A program made the translations under genes and the position numbers. DNA of 32,711 nucleotides from a virus (lineage: Duplodnaviria > Caudoviricetes): the IMG/VR virus record IMGVR_UViG_3300037574_000160, positions 1 through 32,711 of that record. The stretch is one strand, 5' to 3'. How positions within the stretch are numbered: position 1 is the stretch's first letter; every line of letters begins with the position of its first letter. Under the pieces are notes generated by a model. That model had not been told where the DNA came from. It ran no database searches and was given only the letters and a program-made list of their open reading frames with translations. Positions 1 to 9,773 of this stretch are shown here, in pieces.

Positions 1-183
1 AACACCCACCCCGTCGATATGCTTGGACTCATGCTTGATCTTTGCCTCTTGGAGTTTCTTGCGGGTATTAATCTCCGCTTGAACTGCCTGCATTCTCCAG
101 CCAGTTTTCAACTCCTTGACAACGTCCGATGCTAAATCGGGATCGTCGTTAAACAAGGACTCAGCAACGTCCTTTTCAAACAT
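1..183 (-). CDS. Hypothetical protein downstream of major capsid gene (truncated by window edge)
   Basis: ATG at 183, 5 nt after the capsid stop; open to position 1 (MFEKDVAESLFNDDPDLASDVVKELKTGW...). Confidence 0.65.
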   Translation of the reverse strand, partial: MFEKDVAESLFNDDPDLASDVVKELKTGWRMQAVQAEINTRKKLQEAKIKHESKHIDGVGV

Positions 184-188
184 TACTA

Positions 189-1367
189 TTAGTCGTCAGT
201 AAACGAAATGGACCCGCTCGAAAGAGGGTTCTTATGCGCTAGTCCTGCGATTGTCGTAATAATACGACCTTCACCCGCCCCGTTGTTGGTCATCGGTTTG
301 ACGTTGGTGGTCATGTTGAATTTCAACTCCAACATGTCCATTGGGAGAATCATACCATACCCACCAGAGTTGTCCTGATCAGTTGATATAGTAGCGGCCC
401 CCTCGGTGCCGGTCTCGTCTACCTTATCGCTCTTTTCAAGGAAGTTGGAAACGTGCAAACGCAACGTGCCAAAATCTCCGGTGAAAATATCGATAGCCGA
501 AACGAACGAACGGTCTGCCTGCTCCTTGTTCAAGGTGCGAACACGGGTTGCCGCTAGACCGTTTACGTCAGGGGTTGCAAGTTGCGAAATCGCAGTTTCA
601 GCAAAACCTGTGAAGGCTCGCTTGACCTGTGAATCACAAATTAGATCGTAATCACGAACAACGCCCGTTTCGTTATATATAGCCTCAAGAACATCTTGCA
701 CCTTGTCGGCAGTAAATGCCGCTTTGGTTGTGCTGGACGTTGCCCCTGCCGTTGCCTGAAAGGCAGCAGGCACAACACATGGACAGTTTGCGTTTGAGCC
801 AACCGATACCCCACTTGCGTTAGTGACAACACGGGTTTGCCCTGTTGGGGATAACCAACTTTGCAAGCCTTTAGTAAGGAAAGCAGCATCCAAAGCCCCA
901 TCTTGAGCGTCACACTTTGACGACAAAGAGGTTTCGATGTCACGCTTTTGCGTAAGGATCAAGCGGCTCACCATGTGTGCCAACTCACTACGAACACCAG
1001 CAGAGTTCGCCACGTTCTCAGACAATAGCGAAACACGACCGTTCCTGCGAAAAATCTGAACATTGTTTTTCAGAACTTTTCGACTAGTCGTAGTGCTGGT
1101 TAAATCAGCGTTATTGTTGGCCCCGCCCGTAACAAGCGTTGTCGATACATCGGTGCCATCAATTACCCCAATGTTCGCTGCCGCAACATGTGCGTCTGCT
1201 TGCCAATGAAAGGTCGTTGCTCCTGCCGCTCGTCCCTTTGGAATTTGGGATGTCACGGGTGTACTTTTTGCGTCCACGACTGCCAGCAAATCGCTGAGGT
1301 CTTCATGGACTGCGGGACCCGCACCGGGGTTGTTCCCGCTAAAACTTGATTCTACTACACCTGCCAT
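189..1367 (-). CDS. Major capsid protein (SU10/DUF5309-like)
   Basis: 392 aa; motifs EDLSDLL, TFHWQAD, NNVQIFRR, KRDIE and TGDFG resemble this capsid family; follows portal and scaffold; AGGAGA RBS upstream. Confidence 0.85.
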   Translation of the reverse strand: MAGVVESSFSGNNPGAGPAVHEDLSDLLAVVDAKSTPVTSQIPKGRAAGATTFHWQADAHVAAANIGVIDGTDVSTTLVTGGANNNADLTSTTTSRKVLKNNVQIFRRNGRVSLLSENVANSAGVRSELAHMVSRLILTQKRDIETSLSSKCDAQDGALDAAFLTKGLQSWLSPTGQTRVVTNASGVSVGSNANCPCVVPAAFQATAGATSSTTKAAFTADKVQDVLEAIYNETGVVRDYDLICDSQVKRAFTGFAETAISQLATPDVNGLAATRVRTLNKEQADRSFVSAIDIFTGDFGTLRLHVSNFLEKSDKVDETGTEGAATISTDQDNSGGYGMILPMDMLELKFNMTTNVKPMTNNGAGEGRIITTIAGLAHKNPLSSGSISFTDD

Positions 1368-1396
1368 AATATTTTAATTCTCCTGTTTACGGACTA

Positions 1397-2416
1397 TTAT
1401 ATATAGTCCATCATTAAGTCTGCTAAATCGGATTCTTGTCCAGATTTGAGAAAGCGATTCTTACTTGCGGTAACCTTTGCGGCAGTCGGTGTAGTGGTTG
1501 TCCGGTCAGCACTAGGTGCCGCCGGTTGCTTTGGTGCTTTGGGTTTTGCCTTGGCCTTGATCTTGGATTCAGGTTTAGACGTTTCGTTGGATATCCTTAA
1601 CGCCCTTCCTATTAACATATCTCCTAAAAGGATTTTGTAATCCGGTAACGCTTTGACCTGCGGAAACGCCTTTAAAGCCTGTTTGAACAACTTGTTTTCG
1701 TTGCTCCCCCGATCTTCGATCCAAGGGTATGCCTTTACCGCTTCCGGTTCCCAGTAAGCCGAAGCCTCTACGAACTTTTCACGTTCAGGCAAATATGTGT
1801 CCAATGCCTCCTCTGCATTCTCAAGTATGTCCTCAATTTGAGTTGAGTCATACTCCACTTCGCCATTCTTGCCGTTGATAACCGCACCGTCCCGATTCTT
1901 TCGGCACCATCGTCGCAAGTCTTTCGCCTTTTGCCTCTCGGCATCGATCTGCTCCTGAGAAGTCAGGTGTTCAAAAGGGCTATCGGAGTTGGTCCGTGAA
2001 ACCGGTGTGCTTGCGTTGTCAGTTACCTGAGTCCGCAAGTCCTTGATCTCGCCCCTTAAATCCTTGACCTCGTCTTCGGCATCTCGCCTCTGGCGTGTCA
2101 ACTTGTCGATGCGCTTCTGGAACCAAGCCGGTTCTTCGCTTTCATCGTCATCTGTCAAAGAACTCTTTTCGGCTTCAGGTTCATCTGCACTCGCAGAGTC
2201 TTCAGCCGAATCTTCTTCCTCATCCGGTTTAGCTTCACTTTCGGTGGGTTGCTCCGGTTCCGGTGGTTCCGGTTGGCTATCGCTCATTTGCTTTTCCAGC
2301 AACGATGCCAATCCACTCTCGTCCAAAGCCTGACTTAACTCGTCATTCTTGAACTCACGGTTTTCGGTATTCTCAGAAGAGGGTCCGTTAACCTCTTCGC
2401 TTGTTTCTATAGCCAT
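1397..2416 (-). CDS. Capsid scaffolding protein
   Basis: Acidic low-complexity N-terminus, coiled coil (FQKRIDKLTRQRRDAE), K/P-rich C-terminus; lies between portal and capsid. Start trimmed to MAIETSE at 2416. Confidence 0.8.
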   Translation of the reverse strand: MAIETSEEVNGPSSENTENREFKNDELSQALDESGLASLLEKQMSDSQPEPPEPEQPTESEAKPDEEEDSAEDSASADEPEAEKSSLTDDDESEEPAWFQKRIDKLTRQRRDAEDEVKDLRGEIKDLRTQVTDNASTPVSRTNSDSPFEHLTSQEQIDAERQKAKDLRRWCRKNRDGAVINGKNGEVEYDSTQIEDILENAEEALDTYLPEREKFVEASAYWEPEAVKAYPWIEDRGSNENKLFKQALKAFPQVKALPDYKILLGDMLIGRALRISNETSKPESKIKAKAKPKAPKQPAAPSADRTTTTPTAAKVTASKNRFLKSGQESDLADLMMDYI

Positions 2417-2461
2417 GCGATTAAAGCCTGCAAGTCGGCAACATTGTCCTTTGAAGGGAGA

Positions 2462-2494
2462 CAAAGAAAAACCCCGTCAAGGTTTTGACGAGGT
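2462..2494 (-). terminator. Rho-independent terminator-like hairpin upstream of scaffold gene
   Basis: Minus strand ACCTCGTCAA-AACC-TTGACGGGGT (10-bp stem with one G-U pair) followed by TTTTCTTTG. Confidence 0.6.
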
Positions 2495-2590
2495 GAACAC
2501 CATAGTGTCGATACTATGATTTTGTTTAGGGGGTCAGATGCCCGATTATATATGATCAGACTAGTATATAGTTTGAATATAAAAGTAAGT

Positions 2591-2611
2591 CAGTAATCGA
2601 TTCGATTACTG
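2591..2611. promoter_or_regulatory. Perfect 21-bp palindrome, candidate protein-binding site
   Basis: CAGTAATCGA-T-TCGATTACTG in the intergenic region upstream of scaffold/capsid. Confidence 0.45.
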
Positions 2612-2754
2612 CCCGATACTTCTTTAGGGTTTCTTCCCCTTGCTAAAGTCTCTCCGCAACCCTTTGCTGTTTGCCCATTGTTTTTGAAGGGCTAGGTACA
2701 AGGCTTCCCCCCTGCTGGGGGGTTGTTTTGCCTCTTCCTTTTTGGTCTTCTTTT

Positions 2755-2976
2755 TCATTGCCTCGTCGCCTGATCCTTCAGCCACTTGATGTGATCTCTG
2801 TAGTCTGTCAAACCAGCCAACCTTCCAGCCGAGTGGATTCGCCCCTCACCGATGTTATCACGATCTTGTACTGCAAGGACCTCTCCCTCCACAAAAGCCT
2901 CTAGGTGCATCATTATGGCTTCGTAAAGGGCATTCTTGCCCTTGAAGTTAAACGTGTTTATGTCGTCTGGTGTCAT
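2755..2976 (-). CDS. Small head-module hypothetical protein
   Basis: 73 aa; ATG overlaps portal stop; typical position after portal. Confidence 0.7.
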   Translation of the reverse strand: MTPDDINTFNFKGKNALYEAIMMHLEAFVEGEVLAVQDRDNIGEGRIHSAGRLAGLTDYRDHIKWLKDQATRQ

Positions 2977-5075
2977 GTTACGGGTTGTACCCCAATTTTA
3001 CCGATGGTCTTGTTTTGTTCCTGAGTCACACTCATTTCCAAGTTCTTTATGTAGTTCTGGATCAACTGCCCAAATAACTCATCCTTCTCCGCTGCCTCTT
3101 TCACTTTCGGGTTCTTTTCTCCCAACTCCTGTGCGTATTGCAACTTGGTTCCCGCAGTCGGATCGTTCTCGGTGTAGTTAGGCTCAAAGCCCAACATCAT
3201 CCCGCCCATCTCAGACTTGACCTCGTTGTACATTTTCTGGCTTGCGCTACTTTGGTCGGTCAAGATGTCGTCGGCAAAGTCCGGTGAAATGGATCGCACC
3301 AATTTCTCAATCAACTTGTTCCGCTCGATTGAGCCACCCACATCCAATGGCACCAGTTGCTGTGCAATGATCTCCATCTTCTTCAGCACATAGTCCTGAT
3401 CCAAGTCGGACACATCGAACTTCAACACAAAGTCGGGCATCTCCTTATCCCTGTTAATCGGCACCTGTGCCCCGGTGATCTTCATCAGGTCCTCGTCGTC
3501 CAGATACTGCAACGTCAACTGGAACATCATCTGGTAAATCTCGGTCCACACCGTCAACCAGTTGTTCATCATCGATTGCTGCGTCATCATCGTCACCTGC
3601 GGCGATACATCAGGGTGGGGGAGTCCGAAATACTTCGCAACGGAACGCTCGATAAACGCAATGGTTTCAAACGCAGTCGTCGCCACCCCTGCCGGTGGTT
3701 TCATAAACGAATAATCACCGGACTTGGTCACCGGCAACATCACCGCAGGCCCCACCTTGTTTATCAGGCCAAGCCTCTTGTTCACCTCAATGGCAGGCAG
3801 CGTCTCAAACGAGGTCCTGTCCATGATCGAGTCGATCTGGTTTTTCAGGAAAGTCTGGTAGCTCCCGATCACCTCGGTGATGGGGCGACTCTCAACAACC
3901 CTACGCTTGATCACCTCACGCTTGAACTCAACAAACGGGTAGCGGCAATGGTTGTAGTCAAGCATCTCATGCTTTGCGAACAACGCCTTGCCAAGCGAAT
4001 CCCGCTGAATCATCGGCGCAAACACCGTGGTGTATATAGCAGGCACACCCTGATCGCTCAGTTGCTTGGTATATGCCCACACAACCTCCACCAAGTTGTC
4101 ACGTCTATCAATTGCGTCAGCACTCAAGGCCGAAACCGATGTTGTGATGTCAGAGAAGTCACTTGAACGTCCGGTGGTCTTGATAGCCTCCTCCACCCAA
4201 TCCTCATTCCAATCATCATCGTTGATCATGCTGCGTAACTCGATCTCGGACATATACTGCTTCCTGAATATAACCCGTGCTTTTTGCAGGGTTGTGGTTT
4301 CCGGTGGAAAGCTGATCTCGTCATAGGGGCGGCAAGCCACGAGCAAAGGCTTGTTGGCCACAATATAATCAATGGGGATTGAACTCTCTCCGGTTTCCCT
4401 TAACTCCCTGACAATCTTCTTTGCCGGTCGCCGCTTGAGGTCGTCCACCTGAGATATCAACATGTCCACAACCACCGACTCCTGTGCTGGATCAAGGATC
4501 AGTTTAGGGAAGTCCGCAAACGCTGGGTCCTGCTGCGACATCTCCACGATCTGCTCCAGCGTGATCTTCATCGGCATCAACTGGTTTTGTTGCTCCCAGC
4601 CAACAAACATCGCAGACCACCCGTACTGCATGGAATACTGTGCCATCAGTTCAGCCTCACGCCTCAACTCATGGTATAGCTTGGTGCCAATCAACCACCG
4701 CATCAACGTGTTCATGCTCGCCGCCGCCTCGGTGTCGCTAGACTCCGTTGCCCCCACCTTTAACTGAGACTTCTGGAACCCGTTCATCATGGTCGCCACA
4801 AGCTGATTAATGGTTTCGTCAGCAAGCCTGATCCGGTTGTCCGCAGCACCCTCAAACGGGAATGGCTGCGTACCTTCGGTCATCGCACTTGCGTGTTTTT
4901 TGAAGTCGCCAGTCTGACTGTTCCACCGTGCATACCGCACATCGTCCGCAGACTGTATTCGTTCCAGAGCATGACCATCGGTCAAACTTCTCCTATACTC
5001 AAAAGTCAATGTCTCCACATCAACCTTGCCGTCCTTATGCTGGACCAACTGGTCCTCCGATTCGTTCCTGTTCAT
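2973..5075 (-). CDS. Portal protein (P22-like podovirus type)
   Basis: 700 aa between terminase and scaffold; PFPFEGAADNRIRLAD N-terminal motif, YPFVEF, helical C-terminus. Call rests mainly on size and synteny. Confidence 0.8.
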   Translation of the reverse strand: MNRNESEDQLVQHKDGKVDVETLTFEYRRSLTDGHALERIQSADDVRYARWNSQTGDFKKHASAMTEGTQPFPFEGAADNRIRLADETINQLVATMMNGFQKSQLKVGATESSDTEAAASMNTLMRWLIGTKLYHELRREAELMAQYSMQYGWSAMFVGWEQQNQLMPMKITLEQIVEMSQQDPAFADFPKLILDPAQESVVVDMLISQVDDLKRRPAKKIVRELRETGESSIPIDYIVANKPLLVACRPYDEISFPPETTTLQKARVIFRKQYMSEIELRSMINDDDWNEDWVEEAIKTTGRSSDFSDITTSVSALSADAIDRRDNLVEVVWAYTKQLSDQGVPAIYTTVFAPMIQRDSLGKALFAKHEMLDYNHCRYPFVEFKREVIKRRVVESRPITEVIGSYQTFLKNQIDSIMDRTSFETLPAIEVNKRLGLINKVGPAVMLPVTKSGDYSFMKPPAGVATTAFETIAFIERSVAKYFGLPHPDVSPQVTMMTQQSMMNNWLTVWTEIYQMMFQLTLQYLDDEDLMKITGAQVPINRDKEMPDFVLKFDVSDLDQDYVLKKMEIIAQQLVPLDVGGSIERNKLIEKLVRSISPDFADDILTDQSSASQKMYNEVKSEMGGMMLGFEPNYTENDPTAGTKLQYAQELGEKNPKVKEAAEKDELFGQLIQNYIKNLEMSVTQEQNKTIGKIGVQPVT

Positions 5076-5076
5076 A

Positions 5077-5271
5077 TTATGAAAGTCCTGTGTGTTTTAA
5101 TAGGTGGTCCCTAAATATCTTATAGCGGGGGGAACCCTTATCCCCACCTTGAAGCGTGTAGGTCTTCAACACACCATTACGCCTCAACTTCGTTAAATAT
5201 TCTTTTGACAGTCCGGTCAGTTCCGCTGCCTCGGACAAGCTCAACAAAGGAGGGTGATTATTTACCTGCAT
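5077..5271 (-). CDS. Helix-turn-helix DNA-binding protein (excisionase/HTH_17-like)
   Basis: LLSLSEAAELTGLSKEYLTKLRRNGVLK pattern followed by a RYKI wing. Confidence 0.75.
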   Translation of the reverse strand: MQVNNHPPLLSLSEAAELTGLSKEYLTKLRRNGVLKTYTLQGGDKGSPRYKIFRDHLLKHTGLS

Positions 5272-5464
5272 TGCTCAACTTTTCGTTTGCTGCCTTCAAG
5301 TCCTGTGACATGACTACAAGTTTCTCAATAATCACGCTCTGCTGGCTCGTCAGGTCCAACATCCAGTTGAACACTTCCTTCTGGAAGAAATGTTCCTGAC
5401 TGTAGTCGCTTGTTTTCTCCAAACTCCGCAAAACCTCTCTCTCTGTGTCGTCTTCTTTTGTCAT
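5258..5464 (-). CDS. Hypothetical protein
   Basis: MTKEDDTE start overlaps the terminase stop (TAATG); about 68 aa, helical. Confidence 0.55.
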   Translation of the reverse strand: MTKEDDTEREVLRSLEKTSDYSQEHFFQKEVFNWMLDLTSQQSVIIEKLVVMSQDLKAANEKLSNAGK

Positions 5465-7077
5465 TAGTAACTTCCTCCCCCTGCCGCAGCCCATGTCTGG
5501 TTGGTAACGTGCATCGGACTTGCTGTCATAATATATCGCAGGCAATCGATGGGGTCCTTAAAGGCATTCCTCTCCCCACCGGCACCACTCGCCTCGGTCA
5601 TGCAGGCAATCGTGTTTTTACACTCGCCTGAGATAAACAACTTCGGCTGGTTGACGCTACTCAGCTTGTCATCAATATTATAATCCAGCACATCGTTCAC
5701 AACACCTATGCCCTGCTCGATGTGTAACCCCGGTGCTGGCGTGAAATACATCTCAGGTTCATCATATGCCATCCTCTCAATCAAAGTCACACCATCGTCG
5801 GTCATTGCCTTGCTGCCACCGGCACGGGGATCGATATATCTCTCCTCGATCTTCTCATCCCCCTCAAGCTCCCTGATCAACTCCTTATACATCGTATGAC
5901 CGGTGCCCACCGGTTTTTGTGCAGGCCCGATCTTCCCGCTCATATCATCACCACCGACTGCCCACTCCCCATAAGCAGGCATGTCTGGGTATTCACGGTA
6001 TATGAAAAACCGTTCCTCACCGTCCACAAGGCACACCCTTAACCAGAGGATATACCACGACCGTGCGCCATGAGGGTCGGCAACCATGTAATTTGTCCCA
6101 TCCGTTGGTATATCTGCATGGTTTATCACATGGTCCTTCCCAAACTTCGGGAACCATGTGTTGCTTGTCCGGTCGCACCACCCATATGCCCTAATCTTGA
6201 TCTGCGTGGAACTCTCACCCGTCAAGACCCTCTCCATTTGGTCATACGGATTGTAAGGATTCATGCTGGTGTGGAAAAACACCACAGCACAACTTGGGTC
6301 CATACACTCCATCTGGTACGGCATCGTTCCCACAGGACATCCCGTCACGTTAACCGTGTCAGGGAGCAGGGGAGACTCAACGGTCGTTAACGGCTTCGCC
6401 CCTGCCATGAACTTGTTCACGACAGGGGTCCAGCCGGTGATAGGGGTAGCCGCAATAATTAGCTTCCCCCTCCGTGTGACCAAGCGGTAGACCGCAGTCT
6501 CCACTAAACTCGCTGGCACCAATTCATCACAATAGATCAGGTCCGCTTCCATCCCCTCCAGAATGTCACTTCTCTGCTCGTAATAGTGGAAGAAACATTG
6601 ACTCCCGTTGGGCAGCACAAAGCTGGAGTTGGTGAACCCGTTTTTTTGCGTGTAACTGACATTGCCAACCTTGCCCATCTTCTTCCTGCCCTTGAACTCG
6701 TTGGGCAGATACTTGTAAACCGCAGGCTGAAGATCACGCACACTACTCTGGTTGGTCATGCTAAACGCAACGACCTTGGCCTTGGCCTTGGTCACCATAA
6801 TGTTAACCAGTTTGCGACAACTATAACTCGTCTTTCCGCTCCGGTTGCCACCACTTATCAACAGGTGGTCATAAGTCTTTAACAAGTCGTCCGCATCCTT
6901 CCAATGGTCCGGTATGTAGCCTGAATAATAAGCATCTTCCTCCTCCTGCCTGATGATCTCCTCACGGGCAGGCTTCAAGACCTTCTCAATGAGGTGTGTA
7001 CCCTGCTCCTCACCATACTGCTCCTTAATCGAAGCAATGGTGGCGGTGTCTAGGTCTTGTAAGACGGGGTGGTTCAA
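5464..7077 (-). CDS. terL: Terminase large subunit
   Basis: Walker A GGNRSGKTS, Walker B LIYCDE, coupling motif ATP, RNase H-like VADPHG and KDPIDCLRY. Confidence 0.92.
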   Translation of the reverse strand: MNHPVLQDLDTATIASIKEQYGEEQGTHLIEKVLKPAREEIIRQEEEDAYYSGYIPDHWKDADDLLKTYDHLLISGGNRSGKTSYSCRKLVNIMVTKAKAKVVAFSMTNQSSVRDLQPAVYKYLPNEFKGRKKMGKVGNVSYTQKNGFTNSSFVLPNGSQCFFHYYEQRSDILEGMEADLIYCDELVPASLVETAVYRLVTRRGKLIIAATPITGWTPVVNKFMAGAKPLTTVESPLLPDTVNVTGCPVGTMPYQMECMDPSCAVVFFHTSMNPYNPYDQMERVLTGESSTQIKIRAYGWCDRTSNTWFPKFGKDHVINHADIPTDGTNYMVADPHGARSWYILWLRVCLVDGEERFFIYREYPDMPAYGEWAVGGDDMSGKIGPAQKPVGTGHTMYKELIRELEGDEKIEERYIDPRAGGSKAMTDDGVTLIERMAYDEPEMYFTPAPGLHIEQGIGVVNDVLDYNIDDKLSSVNQPKLFISGECKNTIACMTEASGAGGERNAFKDPIDCLRYIMTASPMHVTNQTWAAAGGGSY

Positions 7078-7490
7078 TTCTTCAACTCAACTAGGGTGAA
7101 CCCCTCTAGGGGTACATCGAAAAACTCCTCGGTGCCATCGGGCACATACTTGTTGGCAACCTTCTCTATGGGGCAACAAGCGATATCCTCACTCGGTATC
7201 GTCAGGGCATGACTGCACTCGTAATTCAAAACCCAATATGTGAATGGCTTGTCCATCAACCTCTTCTTCCTGTGGGGGATATGGATGGTTGCGTAGGGAA
7301 ATTTCGCTCCGGTCCAACCGGATCGAATTTCCACCTCATGCCTGTTCAACCGCAACTCCTTGACATCATGTTTGGTGTCCTCGGCGGCGTTTATCCACGA
7401 ACCCTCCTTCTGCAAGTGCGCCACTACGGCACCCTTTCCCTTCGCATCGTTTGCCCGATATAAAGACGGGTCGAAAGCCTTTTTTGTCAT
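7074..7490 (-). CDS. Putative PD-(D/E)xK-like nuclease / hypothetical protein
   Basis: 138 aa, HDV...HEVEIRSGW pattern; stop overlaps the terL start. Confidence 0.45.
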   Translation of the reverse strand: MTKKAFDPSLYRANDAKGKGAVVAHLQKEGSWINAAEDTKHDVKELRLNRHEVEIRSGWTGAKFPYATIHIPHRKKRLMDKPFTYWVLNYECSHALTIPSEDIACCPIEKVANKYVPDGTEEFFDVPLEGFTLVELKN

Positions 7491-7493
7491 ATA

Positions 7494-7832
7494 TTATCTC
7501 CACTTGTCTTCAGCCAATAGGCTCAATATTAATCCGTAGTTGGCAATGTCCATACAGTTGTCCGCAATGGACTCATTGTTTGGGGCATCCTTGTTATCCA
7601 ACAAATTCGCTATCCTATGCACCTTGTCCTTGATCCTCGTCAGCACACCAAACATGTCCTGATTCTTACTTCCCCATGAAGCTATATTCTTGCTGCCATA
7701 GTCCGCTTGCTTCTCGTCAAACACCTTAATGTTCTTCAGGAACTGCGCCAACGCACTCCTAGCCATCTCGGTCCTCAAATCTAACGCCTCTGCTATTTCT
7801 TTCTCCGTCATAGGTGCCACTCCACTTGTCAT
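7494..7832 (-). CDS. DUF1599 / nucleotide-modification-associated domain (Nmad1-like) protein
   Basis: KQADYG...RIKDKVHRIANL...NESIADNCMDIANY motif series. Confidence 0.75.
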   Translation of the reverse strand: MTSGVAPMTEKEIAEALDLRTEMARSALAQFLKNIKVFDEKQADYGSKNIASWGSKNQDMFGVLTRIKDKVHRIANLLDNKDAPNNESIADNCMDIANYGLILSLLAEDKWR

Positions 7833-7969
7833 AAATATCCCCCCAACTCCGCAATCACGGGCAGGGGGTTAACGATGGTTGTTGCCCAGCTATCCCTAAA
7901 CACCATAAAGCAAATCCAGCCTTTCTACTGGACAGGTTGGTTTAAGTATTACTGCCATCGCTAAAATTC

Positions 7970-8176
7970 TTACCAAAAGAGAAACTTCCTCTTCGGCTTG
8001 CAGTCTTCGGGGTTAATGTTGGCCCGTAGTTGTGCGTCCTCCATCTGGTGCTTCGTGAACATAAACGGCACCCACTCCTCTCCCGTGTCCAACCAAGCCT
8101 GAAAGTAGACACTATTGGCCCCACTTTTCCTTTTGCGGTTCTGCACCGGATATAACCTGCCCTTTTTAGCCTTCAT
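7970..8176 (-). CDS. Hypothetical protein
   Basis: 68 aa; ATG 6 nt after upstream stop; compact operon packing. Confidence 0.6.
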   Translation of the reverse strand: MKAKKGRLYPVQNRKRKSGANSVYFQAWLDTGEEWVPFMFTKHQMEDAQLRANINPEDCKPKRKFLFW

Positions 8177-8182
8177 TATAAA

Positions 8183-8443
8183 TCAGTCGTCAAACACCAA
8201 CTTCCATCCCTCACCCTCGTCGTCATCATCCTCATCATCATACCCCAAAGCCTCCCAAGCCAACCCAGCCAGTAACAACTGCAACACACCCACCATGCTG
8301 ACAAAGGTCATGTCAAACTCCTCCCTGAATCGGTTCACGACATTGTCAACCGCAAGGTGAAACTCCTCCTGCTTTTCTTCCTCAGTCACAACCTCCCTCG
8401 GTACCTCGGATGCCGTGTGGCATAAAAACCCGACCCATCCCAC
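8183..8443 (-). CDS. Hypothetical protein (true start probably near 8390)
   Basis: Acidic helical protein that fills the gap between neighbours. Confidence 0.5.
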   Translation of the reverse strand: MGWVGFLCHTASEVPREVVTEEEKQEEFHLAVDNVVNRFREEFDMTFVSMVGVLQLLLAGLAWEALGYDDEDDDDEGEGWKLVFDD

Positions 8444-8754
8444 TTCACAGGAAACAAAAAGCCCTTGGAGTACAGCTTGTTGTCCTTCACCTTCACCAAG
8501 TAACCCAACCCCGTAATCTTCGTGTTCACCAACCTCTGGTTCCTCGGTATCTTGCCAGCAACCTCCGCAACGTGACTCGGTGGGTGGGGCGATAACCCCA
8601 TGTCAAACATCACCTGATCACGACCCTCATCAGTCCACTTGTAAGACCGACCTGCCTCATAATAATGGAACCCCTCCAAAAGCCTCTTACGCCTCGCCTG
8701 AAGGTCCCTCGCAGTTACCCCCAACTCCTTAACTAGTTTTTGTTGCTCAACCAT
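8386..8754 (-). CDS. Hypothetical protein, possible winged-HTH N-terminus
   Basis: 122 aa, QQKLVKELGVTARDLQARRK. Confidence 0.55.
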   Translation of the reverse strand: MVEQQKLVKELGVTARDLQARRKRLLEGFHYYEAGRSYKWTDEGRDQVMFDMGLSPHPPSHVAEVAGKIPRNQRLVNTKITGLGYLVKVKDNKLYSKGFLFPVKWDGSGFYATRHPRYRGRL

Positions 8755-8960
8755 CCGTGTTCCTCCTCAACAACCCCCATCACCCAGCCACTAACCTGCT
8801 CACGGGCCAACTCCGGTTCGTAATGGCTTTTTAAGCCCACCTGAAACTGGTCAGCATCAACACGCCTCGCAACGGCACCAGTAACCATCTCACCACCCTC
8901 AATGATCTGGAGGAGGTGTAGGTGGTGCCTTTGTGGGTGGTTGGGTGGTCGTCTTTTCAA
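8733..8960 (-). CDS. Hypothetical protein (start uncertain)
   Basis: ORF track and operon packing only. Confidence 0.35.
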   Translation of the reverse strand: MKRRPPNHPQRHHLHLLQIIEGGEMVTGAVARRVDADQFQVGLKSHYEPELAREQVSGWVMGVVEEEHGWLSNKN

Positions 8961-9010
8961 ATTAAAATCTCAAACGAGTTAATGCTTCGGCATCGCTGGG
9001 GAAAATTGGA

Positions 9011-9544
9011 CTAGGCACCCCCCCCGCCCCCCTTTGCCTCGGATTTAACGACCTTATCCTTGCCCCCAACGTCGATTACCCCCGTATTCATTGGCTTTTC
9101 TGGTGGTGTTGGTAATCTTCCCTCAAGATGACCAGACCTGACCTGATCCAGTAATTTATTGAAGTCTCCGTGCAAAATTACCTTCTTTTCAAGGGGTTTT
9201 CCCACAATTGAGTCTTCAAGAACCGCTTTCTTGTCAATAAGTATGCAAAGCTGGAGGGCTAATGAGTTGATGTGAACGGAATCAATCTCGTTCTCCAACC
9301 TCTCCAACCCCTTCCCAACAATCCCAGCAATCTTGTTGACGTTGCGCCACTTCCACTCGGTGAGTTGATCCTTATTTTCATATTTGATCTTGTCCACCGT
9401 TGGTCGAGCAACCCCACAGTCCACGGAGGTCACAGTCAGGCTATTGCCGTTCTTCAGCGACTCCACAACTGCCTTGTAGCGTTCAGGGTCCTTGACCTTC
9501 AGGCTTCTAGGGTTGGGCTTCTTCTTCGGCAATGGCTTCCCCAC
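9011..9544 (-). CDS. HTH protein, candidate terminase small subunit
   Basis: N-terminal HTH (LKNGNSLTVTSVDCGVARPTVDKIK), central helices, disordered tail ending GGGGG; upstream of terL. Confidence 0.5.
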   Translation of the reverse strand: MGKPLPKKKPNPRSLKVKDPERYKAVVESLKNGNSLTVTSVDCGVARPTVDKIKYENKDQLTEWKWRNVNKIAGIVGKGLERLENEIDSVHINSLALQLCILIDKKAVLEDSIVGKPLEKKVILHGDFNKLLDQVRSGHLEGRLPTPPEKPMNTGVIDVGGKDKVVKSEAKGGGGGA

Positions 9545-9575
9545 AAACCGGTGCCATCAGACATTGTCGGGTCTG

Positions 9576-9773
9576 TCAACCCTTTTTCTTGCCGTACACC
9601 TTCTTGGTCCACTCCTTGACTTCGCCTGACTCATGCTTGGCCAACCAAGCGTCGAGACGCTTGTTTAGTGCCTTGAAGTTTACTTTCCCGATGCCGCAGG
9701 CATCCTCATCCACCTTGTCGAGTGCCCTATTTCCTCTTCCAGCACCGCAGTTGTTCATCGAATTCATACTCAT
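9576..9773 (-). CDS. Hypothetical protein
   Basis: C-terminal portion of the 87-aa ORF, from MSMNSM. Confidence 0.4.
   Translation of the reverse strand: MSMNSMNNCGAGRGNRALDKVDEDACGIGKVNFKALNKRLDAWLAKHESGEVKEWTKKVYGKKKG

Noticed and set aside
1446-1455. Self-target for spacer TTGAGAAA(G) in the scaffold gene
   Set aside because: The partner spacer ATCCTTTT does not match adjacent DNA; single 8-10-mer hits are expected by chance. No full paired self-target was seen by eye, but the search was not exhaustive.
3357-4166. 269-aa plus-strand ORF
   Set aside because: Antisense shadow of the portal gene with H/L/V/Q-rich composition.
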